Shown here piece after piece: positions 50,663-59,498 of a DNA stretch of 64,000 nt (positions are counted from its first letter, which is position 1; the number at the start of each line of letters is the position of its first letter). Origin of the DNA: Spirochaetia bacterium (GTDB taxonomy: Bacteria; Spirochaetota; Spirochaetia; SZUA-6; Bin103); assembly GCA_965199955.1 (NCBI GenBank), contig CBDATQ010000001.1:2208001-2272000 (forward strand), in the 5' to 3' direction. Position numbers and translations under genes: made by a program. The notes below the pieces were generated by a model. That model made no database searches. It saw only the letters and a program-made list of their open reading frames with translations, and had not been told where the DNA came from.

Positions 50663-51465
50663 ATGGGGAAGGATCAGCTTCAGGAGCTGCTCGCATCGGT
50701 GGACCCGAACCTGGCGTCGCCGCGCGAGCAACTGCGGGCGCTCGGCGACGGCACCTGGACGTTCACGGTGGTCGTCGACCGGGAGTGCCGGCACGGGCTG
50801 GATCAGCTCAGGTCCCTGCTGTCCCACGTCGACCCAGCGATGTCGTACGGGCAACTGGTGAACCGGCTCGTGCAGGATGAGCTGCGGCGCCGCGACCCTC
50901 GCCTGCGCGGATCGACCGGCACCGATACCCGGCCGGGGGCAACCGGTGGTCCGGCGGCGAAGCGGACCACGCATGCGGAGTCCGCCAAGCATCCCGGCAG
51001 CAACGGAGCCGCCGCCGCGAAGCGCGCTGCGGCCACGGCCGGCGCCCCTTCGGCGTCGAAGCGGGAGGCGCAGCCTGTCCACGACGGCCCGCCGGCGGAG
51101 AACGGAACCTCGCCGGAACCGGCCGAGGCTGTTTCGACGGCGAAGTGCGTTGCGGCGGACGGCGGTGCGGCTCCCTCGAAGCCGAACCAAACGGATCCCG
51201 GCGATGCCGGCCGCCGGCACCCACCGGGCGCGTCGTCCCCGCCGCGGTCAAGCGGGCCGTGTGGGAGCAGGATGGCGGACGGTGCTCATACATCGATCCG
51301 TCGATCGGGCGACGCTGCACCTCCCGTCATCTGCTTCAGATCGACCACATCTGGCCCTGGGCGAGGGGAGGAGGGGCCGAGCCCGACAATCTCCGATTGC
51401 TCTGTCATGCCCATCATCGGCATCGCCATGGGGAGCTGCCGTTCTCGCGAGCGGGGCCGAATTGA
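50663..51465 (+). pseudogene. HNH endonuclease, N-terminally truncated and frameshifted
   Basis: VKRAVWEQDGGRC...C...QIDHIWPWARGG...NLRLLCHAHH follows an Ala/Pro-rich linker and a frame change near 51220. Confidence 0.8.
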
Positions 51466-51575
51466 TGCTCCATGCCGTAGTGAGTGCAGGATCGTCGTCC
51501 GCCAAGTCCCCAGCAACCGGGACCACGGGGCGCGGAAGGGGGACACCCTCTGACAGGTCGACAGGTGCCGCCGGA

Positions 51576-51587
51576 TGATATATATCA
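51576..51587. promoter_or_regulatory. Palindromic operator upstream of vapB
   Basis: Perfect dyad TGATATATATCA in an AT-rich patch. Confidence 0.6.
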
Positions 51588-51619
51588 ATGATCAATCTTT
51601 GTCGCGATGGAGGACTCAT

Positions 51620-51868
51620 ATGGTGAAGACCGCCAAGATCTTCTGGTCCGGCCGGTCTCAGGCTGTCAGGCTGCCGAAGGAGTTTCGCATGAAGGGAGAC
51701 GAGGTGCGGATCCGCAAGCAGGGTGCTGCGGTCGTGCTTGAACCCATCGCGGACGATTGGCGATGGCTGGATGCCATCGCGGGCCGGTTCTCCTCGGACT
51801 TCTTTGCCGAAGGGCGGAACCAGCCTCAACTCGAACCTCGTCCCGAGCTTGACCGCGCGTTCGGGTGA
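51620..51868 (+). CDS. vapB: VapB antitoxin (AbrB/SpoVT fold)
   Basis: TAKIFWSGRSQAVRLPKEFR motif and a GGAGG ribosome-binding site. Confidence 0.93.
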   Translation: MVKTAKIFWSGRSQAVRLPKEFRMKGDEVRIRKQGAAVVLEPIADDWRWLDAIAGRFSSDFFAEGRNQPQLEPRPELDRAFG

Positions 51869-52299
51869 TGCGTTATCTGCTGGACACCAATGCGTGCATC
51901 GCGGTGCTCAACAAGACATCGCCTCAACTCCTGCAGAGGATCCGTCGCTGCGCCCCGGCGGACATCGGAATGCCGGCGCCCGTCGCCTACGAACTCTACT
52001 ACGGCGCATACAAGAGCCGCCACGCCCTGCGCAACGTGGATCTGCTCGATCGCATGAAGTTCGAGATCGTTCCGTTCGACGCGGCCGACGCTCGCATGGC
52101 TGGCGCCATCCGCAGCGAGATCGAAGCGATTGGCCGTCCGATCGGGCCGTACGACCTGCTGATCGCGGGCCAGGCCCGCGCCCGCAATCTGGTGCTGGTA
52201 ACCGCCAACAGCCGCGAGTTCTCCCGCGTCGAGGGTCTCGACAGCGAGGACTGGTCGATCGCCGACGCTGACCGGAGAGCGACGGGCGAGGAACGATGA
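51865..52299 (+). CDS. vapC: VapC PIN-domain toxin
   Basis: YLLDTN, EL.YG, IGPYDLLIAGQA and LVTAN.REF motifs. Confidence 0.95.
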   Translation: MMRYLLDTNACIAVLNKTSPQLLQRIRRCAPADIGMPAPVAYELYYGAYKSRHALRNVDLLDRMKFEIVPFDAADARMAGAIRSEIEAIGRPIGPYDLLIAGQARARNLVLVTANSREFSRVEGLDSEDWSIADADRRATGEER

Positions 52300-52542
52300 A
52301 GCAGGGACCCCTCGCGCCGTCGCGTTCCGACTGCTGTCGGCTCGTCGCCCGGCGAGCGACAGGACGCCTGGATTTCTCTTACCAAGTGTACAAGGTGCGT
52401 GCACCAAGCCGCCGTTGGAGAGGCTGCGGCCCTCAAGGCCGGTCTTTGGCCGGGAGCGAGCCGCCGCGGTAGCGCGCGACGACAGCTCGCTGTCCTCGGC
52501 ACGGTTGGCGGGCGGGCGCCTCCGACCTACTATTGAAGTGCG

Positions 52543-53190
52543 ATGGCTCCGCGGACGTCCACGGCCGAGCGAAGCAACGCGGAGTGGCTCGCGGCGCTCG
52601 CTCCTGAATCGCCGGAACGGTCGGCCGCGATCGCGGATCTTCACCAGATCCTGGTGGCCGGTTTGCGGCGCGGTCTGCTCGGCAGCCGCGGCATGCGGCG
52701 GCGCGAGTTCGCCGAGCAGGCGGAGGATTTCGCCCAGGAGGCGCTGGTCAAGATCCTGGCCAGCCTGGACTCGTTCCGCGAGGAGAGCCGTTTCGTGACC
52801 TGGGCGCACAAGATCGCCATCCGCGTCGCCCTTACAGAGCTGCGCCGCAAGCGCTGGGACGACGTGTCGCTCGACACCCTGCTCGTGTCCTCGGAGGGGG
52901 AGTCGATCCCGCGTGCGCTGGCGGACCCGTCGGTCGGTCCCGAGGCAGCCGCGCAACGCGCGGCCAGCCTGGAACGGGTGCTGCGCTATATCCGCGAGGA
53001 CCTCACCGACAAGCAGCGCACGGCCATGACCGCCGCCATTCTCCGGGGCATGCCGCTGGAGGAGGTCGCGCGGCGCATGTCCATGAATCGCAACGCTCTC
53101 TACAAACTCTTGCACGACGCACGTAAGCGTTTGCGGCGCCGCATGCTCCAAGACGGTATCAGCCCGGACGACATACTGGCGGCATTCTGA
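52543..53190 (+). CDS. ECF RNA polymerase sigma factor
   Basis: AEDFAQE, F.TW..KIA and NRNALYKLLHDARKRL motifs. Confidence 0.9.
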   Translation: MAPRTSTAERSNAEWLAALAPESPERSAAIADLHQILVAGLRRGLLGSRGMRRREFAEQAEDFAQEALVKILASLDSFREESRFVTWAHKIAIRVALTELRRKRWDDVSLDTLLVSSEGESIPRALADPSVGPEAAAQRAASLERVLRYIREDLTDKQRTAMTAAILRGMPLEEVARRMSMNRNALYKLLHDARKRLRRRMLQDGISPDDILAAF

Positions 53191-53220
53191 CGGACCGATG
53201 ACAAGGGAGGAGGGGAAGGA

Positions 53221-53544
53221 ATGCCCGTGCCTAGCGGCGATCCGTATCGCGAGCTGAAGGCCGCGCACGGCCGTCCCGCGCGCCGGCCGCGCCGGGCCGC
53301 AGCGCTGCACGACGAGATGACGCGCCTGGCTCGCGACGCGCTCCGCGCAGCGCTGGACATCACGCGTGACGAGGAGCTGGACTGCGACGAGGTCCACGAC
53401 TTTCTCGACGTGTTCGCCGAGATGCATGCCGCGGGCAAGGACGTGCGCGCTCTGCTGCCGCTGGTGTACCTGCACCTGCAGGCGTGCGGCGACTGTTTCG
53501 AGGAGTTCGAGGCGCTGCGACGCATCGTGGCCGCCGCGCGATGA
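53221..53544 (+). CDS. Putative zinc-binding anti-sigma factor
   Basis: ELDCDE...HLQACGDC (HxxxCxxC ZAS motif), directly downstream of the ECF sigma gene. Confidence 0.75.
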   Translation: MPVPSGDPYRELKAAHGRPARRPRRAAALHDEMTRLARDALRAALDITRDEELDCDEVHDFLDVFAEMHAAGKDVRALLPLVYLHLQACGDCFEEFEALRRIVAAAR

Positions 53545-54266
53545 CCGCACCCGAGCGACACGTCCGGCTGGTATTGGCAGGCCCCCGCGACGGCCGCAAC
53601 GTCGGTTCGGTGTGCCGGGCGATGAAGACCATGGGGCTGGGCGACCTCTCCATCGTCGCCGGTGACTTCGATCCCGCCGACGCCCGCGCGGCCGCCGTGC
53701 ACGCCGCCGACGTCTTCGATGCCGCGCGGCGACCGGACACGCTTCCGGAGGCGATCGCCGACTGCGACGACGCGATCGCGATCAGCCGGCGCCGCGGCAA
53801 GCGCCGCAAGCAGGCGCCCATGCTGCTCTCCCACCTGTCCGAGCATCTGGCCGCCCGTGGTCCGGGCACCACGGCGCTGGTCTTCGGCACCGAGGCGACC
53901 GGGTTGCGCGACGAGGAGATCGCCTGTTGCACCGGCATGCTGTCCATCCCCACCCATCCCGACTTCCCGTCCCTGAACCTTTCCCACGCCGTCCAGATCG
54001 TCACCTACGAGCTGTTCCGCGCCCGTGGGCGGCACCTCCCCGCCCGCTACTACGAGCCGGTCGCGCTTCCGGAGGTCGATGCCGCCCTGGACCCCTTGCT
54101 CGATCTGCTGGTCGGGATAGACTTCTTTCGCCAGGCCGGTCCGGAGGAGTTGCGCGTGTTCCTCCGCGACATCCTGGCGCGGGCGGCGCTTGCCGCGCCC
54201 GAGTGTGAGCGGTTGCAGACGCTCTTTCACAGCATGCGCGGCATCGTCCTGCACCGCGATGCCTGA
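53541..54266 (+). CDS. SPOUT RNA methyltransferase (TrmJ/LasT-like)
   Basis: NVGSVCRAMKTMG, LVFGTEATGL and SLNLSHAV motifs. Confidence 0.92.
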   Translation: MTAPERHVRLVLAGPRDGRNVGSVCRAMKTMGLGDLSIVAGDFDPADARAAAVHAADVFDAARRPDTLPEAIADCDDAIAISRRRGKRRKQAPMLLSHLSEHLAARGPGTTALVFGTEATGLRDEEIACCTGMLSIPTHPDFPSLNLSHAVQIVTYELFRARGRHLPARYYEPVALPEVDAALDPLLDLLVGIDFFRQAGPEELRVFLRDILARAALAAPECERLQTLFHSMRGIVLHRDA

Positions 54267-54290
54267 CCGTAGCCCGACGGGAGGTCGATC

Positions 54291-55394
54291 ATGCACTACC
54301 GACTCCACGATGCGAGGGAACTGCCCAGCCCGGCACTGCTGATCGACCTGGATCGATTCGACCGCAACGCCGATCGCGTGATCGCCATCGCGGGATCGCC
54401 GGACCGGGTCTGGCCGCACATGAAAACCCAGAAGTCGGCCGACTTGGCGCGCCGGCTGATGCGGCGCGGTTTTTGCCGATTCAAGTGCTCGACCATCGCC
54501 GAGGCGGAAATGCTGGCGTGCGTGGAAGCGCCGGAGGTGCTGGTCGCCTATCAGCTCCTGGGACCGAATCCCGGAAGGCTGGCGGAGCTGGCACGACGCC
54601 ACCCCGGCACCCGGTTCTCGACGCTGGTGGACGACCCCGGCCCTTTGCACGCGGTGTCCGCGGCCGCCGCCGCGGCCGGCGCGACGATCGGCGTCATGCT
54701 CGACGTGGATCTGGGCATGCACCGTACCGGCATCGCACCCGGCGGCGAAGGGGCGATCGCCCTCTACCGGCTGATCGCCGACCTGCCGGGGGTTGAGCCC
54801 GCCGGCCTGCACGGCTACGACGGCCACAACCACCAGCGGAGCCGCGATGAGCGCATCGCCGCCTGCGACCGGGGGACGGCCGCGATCAAGGCCCTGCAGG
54901 CGGCGATCGAGGCGGCCGGCCTGCCGGTGCCGCGCCGCATCATGGGCGGCACGCCCACCTTCGCCTGCCACGCCCGCCACGCGGACGCGGACCTGTCCCC
55001 GGGCACCTGCTTCCTGCACGACCTGGGCTACGCCGACATGCTCCCCGACCTGACCTTCGAGTTCGCCGGGCTGCTGTTCACGCGGGTGCTGAGCGCCTCC
55101 ACCCCCGGGTACGTGACCTTCGACCTGGGCAACAAGGCGATCGCCGCCGATCCGCCGGGCGAGCGCGGCCGCTTCCTTGCGATCGACGGTACGCGCACGC
55201 TGATCCACAACGAGGAGCATTGGCTGTTGGCCGTCGCCCCCGACCTGCGCTTCCGGGTAGGCGAGGAGCACTACGTGATACCCAGGCACGTCTGCCCGTG
55301 CGTGGCCCTGCACCGCCAATTCTACGCGGTCCAGGACGGCCGCGTGCAGGCGACGTACGAGGTGACCGCGCGGGACCGCGCCCTGACCGTCTGA
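54291..55394 (+). CDS. D-threonine aldolase/DSD1-family PLP enzyme
   Basis: SPALLID, PHMKT, GMHRTG, YDGH, EEH and HVCP motifs. Confidence 0.9.
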   Translation: MHYRLHDARELPSPALLIDLDRFDRNADRVIAIAGSPDRVWPHMKTQKSADLARRLMRRGFCRFKCSTIAEAEMLACVEAPEVLVAYQLLGPNPGRLAELARRHPGTRFSTLVDDPGPLHAVSAAAAAAGATIGVMLDVDLGMHRTGIAPGGEGAIALYRLIADLPGVEPAGLHGYDGHNHQRSRDERIAACDRGTAAIKALQAAIEAAGLPVPRRIMGGTPTFACHARHADADLSPGTCFLHDLGYADMLPDLTFEFAGLLFTRVLSASTPGYVTFDLGNKAIAADPPGERGRFLAIDGTRTLIHNEEHWLLAVAPDLRFRVGEEHYVIPRHVCPCVALHRQFYAVQDGRVQATYEVTARDRALTV

Positions 55395-55459
55395 CGCGAG
55401 TCGACGGCGAGCCATGCCTCCCACGTGCCGGCGAGAGCGTCACTCGTCAATCCGCTGCT

Positions 55460-55843
55460 TCAGCGGCTCAAGTGTTCCACGAGGAGCTTGAGCGCTCCGC
55501 CGTGCCGGACCAGCACGCTCGTGCCGCGCCCGACGATGTGGAAGGGACCGTGGTCGCCGACTCCGGACCAGTGGAAGCGGAACGTGACGGTGGCCGAGCC
55601 TGCGTCGACGTGCAGGAGCTCGACGTCGGACAGGCGGTAGCGTTCGTCTTCGATCTCATGGGCCCAGGTGCGCTCGAACGCGCCGCGCGCGGCCTCGATC
55701 CCCCGGTAGTCACCATCGTTGAATCGGAACAGGGCATCGGGGTGGAGCATCGGTGCGACGCGGTCGAAGTCCTGCGTTCCCTGGGCCTTCTCGAAGCGCT
55801 CCAGGAATTCGAGGACTTGCTCTTCCGCGATCTCGTCCGCCAC
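55460..55843 (-). CDS. NTF2/SnoaL-like protein
   Basis: HPDALFRFNDG, GRGTSVL and C-terminal EHLS motifs. Confidence 0.8.
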   Translation of the reverse strand: MADEIAEEQVLEFLERFEKAQGTQDFDRVAPMLHPDALFRFNDGDYRGIEAARGAFERTWAHEIEDERYRLSDVELLHVDAGSATVTFRFHWSGVGDHGPFHIVGRGTSVLVRHGGALKLLVEHLSR

Positions 55844-55951
55844 GCTGCCATGGTACCCGGAGGGCAGCGCAGTGTAAGGCGAATTCGCGCTCTCTCCCGA
55901 GTGCCACACCCTCACCGCGCCGGCACCCTGATTCCGCAGTAGGATCGCGGC

Positions 55952-58033
55952 GTGTACGGAATGTTCGGCGGGGGCGGCGGCCGCGGCGGCATGGGCTACC
56001 TGCTCCGCCACGGGGACGAGCAGGCACGCCCGCAGATCAGCCGAGCGCTGCTGCGCCGCGTGCTCGCCTACGCGCGCCCGTACGTCGGCAGGATTATCCT
56101 GCTGTTCACGAGCATCTGCGCGACCATCGGCCTCGGCCTGCTGACGCCACTGATCGTGCGCGACCTCATCGACACCGCGCTGCCTGCGAAGGACGCGGCG
56201 CGGCTCAACCTGCTGGCCGCCGGCCTGATAGCCATCCCCGTGGCCGGCGCCGTGATCCGCATCTGGCAGCGCAAGCTGGATGCCACGATCGGCTCCGGGA
56301 TCATCCTGGACCTGCGCACGGCGCTGTACTCCCACCTGCAGCGCATGTCGATGCGCTTCTTCACCAGCAACAAGACCGGCGAGCTGATGAGCCGGCTCAA
56401 CAGCGACGTCATCGGCGCCCAGAGCGCGGTCACCAACACCCTGGTGGACGTCACCACCAACCTGATCCAGGTGGCCGGCACGCTGGCGATCATGCTGGCC
56501 CTGGAGTGGCGCCTGACCGTGCTGGGGCTGGCCGTGCTGCCGGTCTTCCTGCTGCTCGGACGCCGCTTCGGCAAGGCGCTGCGCGAGGTGTCCCGGCAGT
56601 CGATGGAGCGCAACGCGCGCATGAACGCCATCATGAGCGAGACGCTGAACATCAGCGGCCTGGTCCTGGTAAAGCTGTTCGGGCGCCGGCAGGAGGAGCA
56701 GCGCCGCTTCGGGGAGCAGGCCGAGGGGGTGCGCCACCTGGCCATCCGCCAGGCCGTGATCGGCAGCCGCTTCTTCGTGCTGATGGGGATCGCCACCGCG
56801 GTCGGCACGGCCGGGGTCTACCTGGTCGGCGGTCATCTGCACATCCGCGGCGGCCTGACCATCGGCACCGTGGTCGCCTTCAGCACGTACCTCGCGCAGC
56901 TCTACGGGCCGCTGCGCTCGCTGAGCAACGTCGTGGTCGTGGTCGCGCAGTCGCTGGTGAGCTTCGAGCGCGTGTTCGAGGTGCTGGACCTGCCGGTCGA
57001 CATCGAGGAGTCGCCGCACGCGCGGCGGCTGGAGCGGGCCGAGGGCAAGCTGGAGTTCCGGGAGGTCAGCTTCCGCTACGAGCGCGATGATCAGCTCCTG
57101 CTCACCGAGGCGCGGCGCGCGGCGCGGGTCGAGGATATGGCGTTCACGGCGAGGGAGGGCGAGCCAGCCTCCGGGGGTCAGCCGGCGCGAGGCGCCCGGC
57201 CCGCCGGCATGGGGCGGGCTGGCAACGGCCCCGGTGCCGGCCGGCAGGGACCGAGGGGCGCGCGCCCGGGTCGCTCCCGCGGGCGCGTGCCGCGACCGGA
57301 ACGGCCGGGCGCGGCGGCCGTTCCGTCTTCGACGCCACAGCACCAGGCGCGCGAGTGGGCGCTGGCCGGCGTGAGCTTCTCCGTGGAACCCGGGCGGAGC
57401 GTGGCGGTGGTAGGGCCGAGCGGCGCCGGCAAGACCACGCTCACCTACCTGATCCCCCGGCTCTACGACCCGACGCGCGGCCACATCCTGCTGGACGGCC
57501 ACGACACACGCGAGCTCACCATGGAGTCGCTGGCCGCCCAGATCGGCATGGTGACCCAGGAGCCCTACCTGTTCCACGACTCGGTGCGCGCCAACCTGCT
57601 GTACGCGGCGCCCGACGCGGACGAAGCGCGCATCGCCGACGCATGCCGCGCCGCCAATATCCACGACTTCATCGCCGCGCTGCCGGCCGGCTACGACACC
57701 GTGATGGGCGAGCGCGGCTACCGTCTCTCGGGCGGCGAGAAGCAGCGGCTGGCCATCGCCCGCGTGATCCTCAAGGACCCGCGCGTGCTGATCCTGGACG
57801 AGGCGACCAGCCACCTGGACACCCGCTCGGAGGCGCTGATCCAGGAGGCCCTGAGCCGCGTCGTGACCGGCCGCACCTCGATCATCATCGCCCACCGGCT
57901 GAGCACGATCCTGGCGGCCGACCTGATCCTGGTGCTGGACCGCGGGCGAATCGTGGAGCGCGGCCCGCACGCCGAGCTCAGCGTGGACGGCGGACTGTAT
58001 CAGCGGCTGTACGAGACCCAGTTCCGGGAGTAA
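55952..58033 (+). CDS. ABC transporter, fused permease and ATP-binding domains
   Basis: Transmembrane domain followed by GPSGAGKT, LSGGEKQR, ILDEAT and IAHRLST motifs. Confidence 0.95.
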   Translation: MYGMFGGGGGRGGMGYLLRHGDEQARPQISRALLRRVLAYARPYVGRIILLFTSICATIGLGLLTPLIVRDLIDTALPAKDAARLNLLAAGLIAIPVAGAVIRIWQRKLDATIGSGIILDLRTALYSHLQRMSMRFFTSNKTGELMSRLNSDVIGAQSAVTNTLVDVTTNLIQVAGTLAIMLALEWRLTVLGLAVLPVFLLLGRRFGKALREVSRQSMERNARMNAIMSETLNISGLVLVKLFGRRQEEQRRFGEQAEGVRHLAIRQAVIGSRFFVLMGIATAVGTAGVYLVGGHLHIRGGLTIGTVVAFSTYLAQLYGPLRSLSNVVVVVAQSLVSFERVFEVLDLPVDIEESPHARRLERAEGKLEFREVSFRYERDDQLLLTEARRAARVEDMAFTAREGEPASGGQPARGARPAGMGRAGNGPGAGRQGPRGARPGRSRGRVPRPERPGAAAVPSSTPQHQAREWALAGVSFSVEPGRSVAVVGPSGAGKTTLTYLIPRLYDPTRGHILLDGHDTRELTMESLAAQIGMVTQEPYLFHDSVRANLLYAAPDADEARIADACRAANIHDFIAALPAGYDTVMGERGYRLSGGEKQRLAIARVILKDPRVLILDEATSHLDTRSEALIQEALSRVVTGRTSIIIAHRLSTILAADLILVLDRGRIVERGPHAELSVDGGLYQRLYETQFRE

Positions 58034-58110
58034 GATGCACCGGCACGGGCCCTCGACTCGGCGCGAGAGGCCGGACAGAGAAAGAACCAGAGACCAAGAG
58101 GAACAGAGCG

Positions 58111-58986
58111 TTGAGTACGAGTTCACAGTTCGCGGCACCGCGAACCATCGAGGAGGCGACGGCCCTGCTGGCCGAGCACGGCTCGTCGGCCCGCGTGGTG
58201 GCCGGCGCCACCGACCTGATGGTGCAGGTGCGCATCACCGGCTCCTACCCGGAGCACTACGTCGACATCAAGCACATACCGGACGTCAACGTGATCGAGC
58301 TGCAGGCCGACCACCTGCAGCTCGGCGCCGCCGTCCCCTGCGCAGCGCTCGCCGACCGGGACGACGTCCGCGCGGCCTTTCCCGGCCTGGTCGAAGCGTC
58401 GGAGCTGATCGGCTCCACGCAGATCCAGAGCCGCGCCACGCTGGGCGGCAACCTGTGCAACGCCAGCCCCGCCGCCGACACGGTGCCGTCCCTGATGGCG
58501 CTCGACGCGGAGGCGGTGATCGCCGGGCCTGCAGGGACGCGCACGGTCAAGGTCGCCGAGGTGCCGACCGGCCCCGGCTCCACCTCGCTCGCGGCCGGCG
58601 AGATGCTGGTCGCCTTCCGGATCCCGACGCCGCCGGCCGGCTCGTCCGACGCCTACCAGCGGTTCATCCCGCGCACGGAGATGGACATCGCCGTGGTCGG
58701 CGTGGGCGTGAGCGTCGCCCTGGACGCATCCGGCACCTGCACGGCCGCGCGGGTCGCGCTGGGCGCGGTCGCTCCCACGGCATTCATCGCGGAGGAAGCG
58801 GGCGCGGCCCTGGTCGGCACGGACCTTGGCGACGAAGCGCTGGCCGAGGCGGGACGGCGGGCGACCGCCGCGGCACGGCCCATCGGCGACCGCCGCGGCA
58901 CCGCCGAGTTCCGGCACGACGTGACCGAGGTCTTGACCAGACGCACCGCGGCCGTGGCGCGCGACCGCGCGCGGGCGCGCATCTGA
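58111..58986 (+). CDS. Xanthine dehydrogenase family FAD-binding subunit
   Basis: AGATDL, IGSTQIQSRATLGGNLCNASPAAD and RTEMDIA motifs. A TTG start is assumed. Confidence 0.9.
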   Translation: MSTSSQFAAPRTIEEATALLAEHGSSARVVAGATDLMVQVRITGSYPEHYVDIKHIPDVNVIELQADHLQLGAAVPCAALADRDDVRAAFPGLVEASELIGSTQIQSRATLGGNLCNASPAADTVPSLMALDAEAVIAGPAGTRTVKVAEVPTGPGSTSLAAGEMLVAFRIPTPPAGSSDAYQRFIPRTEMDIAVVGVGVSVALDASGTCTAARVALGAVAPTAFIAEEAGAALVGTDLGDEALAEAGRRATAAARPIGDRRGTAEFRHDVTEVLTRRTAAVARDRARARI

Positions 58987-59014
58987 CACGCGAGAGAGAA
59001 GGAACGAGAAGAAG

Positions 59015-59485
59015 ATGGCGAAGATCCACGTAGAGACGACGATCAACGGCGACCCGACGGAGTTCCTGTGCGAGGCGCATCAGAGCCTCTCCGAGGTGCT
59101 GCGCGAGGATCTGCACCTGTTCGGCACCAAGGAGGGCTGCACCACCGGCGACTGCGGGGCGTGCACGGTCGTGATGGACGGCCGCATCGTGTGCTCGTGC
59201 CTGGTCCTGGCCGCCGAAGGGCACGGCAAGAGCATCGACACGATCGAGGGCGTCGCCGACGGCGAGAAGCTGCATCCGCTGCAGGAGGCGTTCCTGGAGA
59301 ACGCGGCGCTGCAGTGCGGCGTGTGCACGCCGGGCTTCATCGTCGCCGCCAGGAACCTGCTGGAGCGCAACCCCGATCCGTCCGAGCAGGAGATACGCTA
59401 CTGGCTGGCCGGCAACCTGTGCCGCTGTACCGGCTACGACAAGATCATCCGCGCGGTGCAGCAGGCCGCAGCGGTAACCGGGTAG
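59015..59485 (+). CDS. Xanthine dehydrogenase family (2Fe-2S) subunit
   Basis: GCTTGDCGACT, QCGVCTPG and NLCRCTGY motifs. Confidence 0.95.
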   Translation: MAKIHVETTINGDPTEFLCEAHQSLSEVLREDLHLFGTKEGCTTGDCGACTVVMDGRIVCSCLVLAAEGHGKSIDTIEGVADGEKLHPLQEAFLENAALQCGVCTPGFIVAARNLLERNPDPSEQEIRYWLAGNLCRCTGYDKIIRAVQQAAAVTG

Positions 59486-59498
59486 GAGGGCAAGAGAC

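Noticed and set aside
58065..58110. T-free, purine-rich tract before the XDH operon
   Set aside because: It is consistent with an unstructured translation leader and shows no repeat or pairing pattern.
53100..58138. Very long antisense ORFs (774 aa and 892 aa, with many similar ones elsewhere)
   Set aside because: These are shadow frames of real genes in high-GC DNA. Only the last 127 codons of the 892-aa ORF form a real gene.
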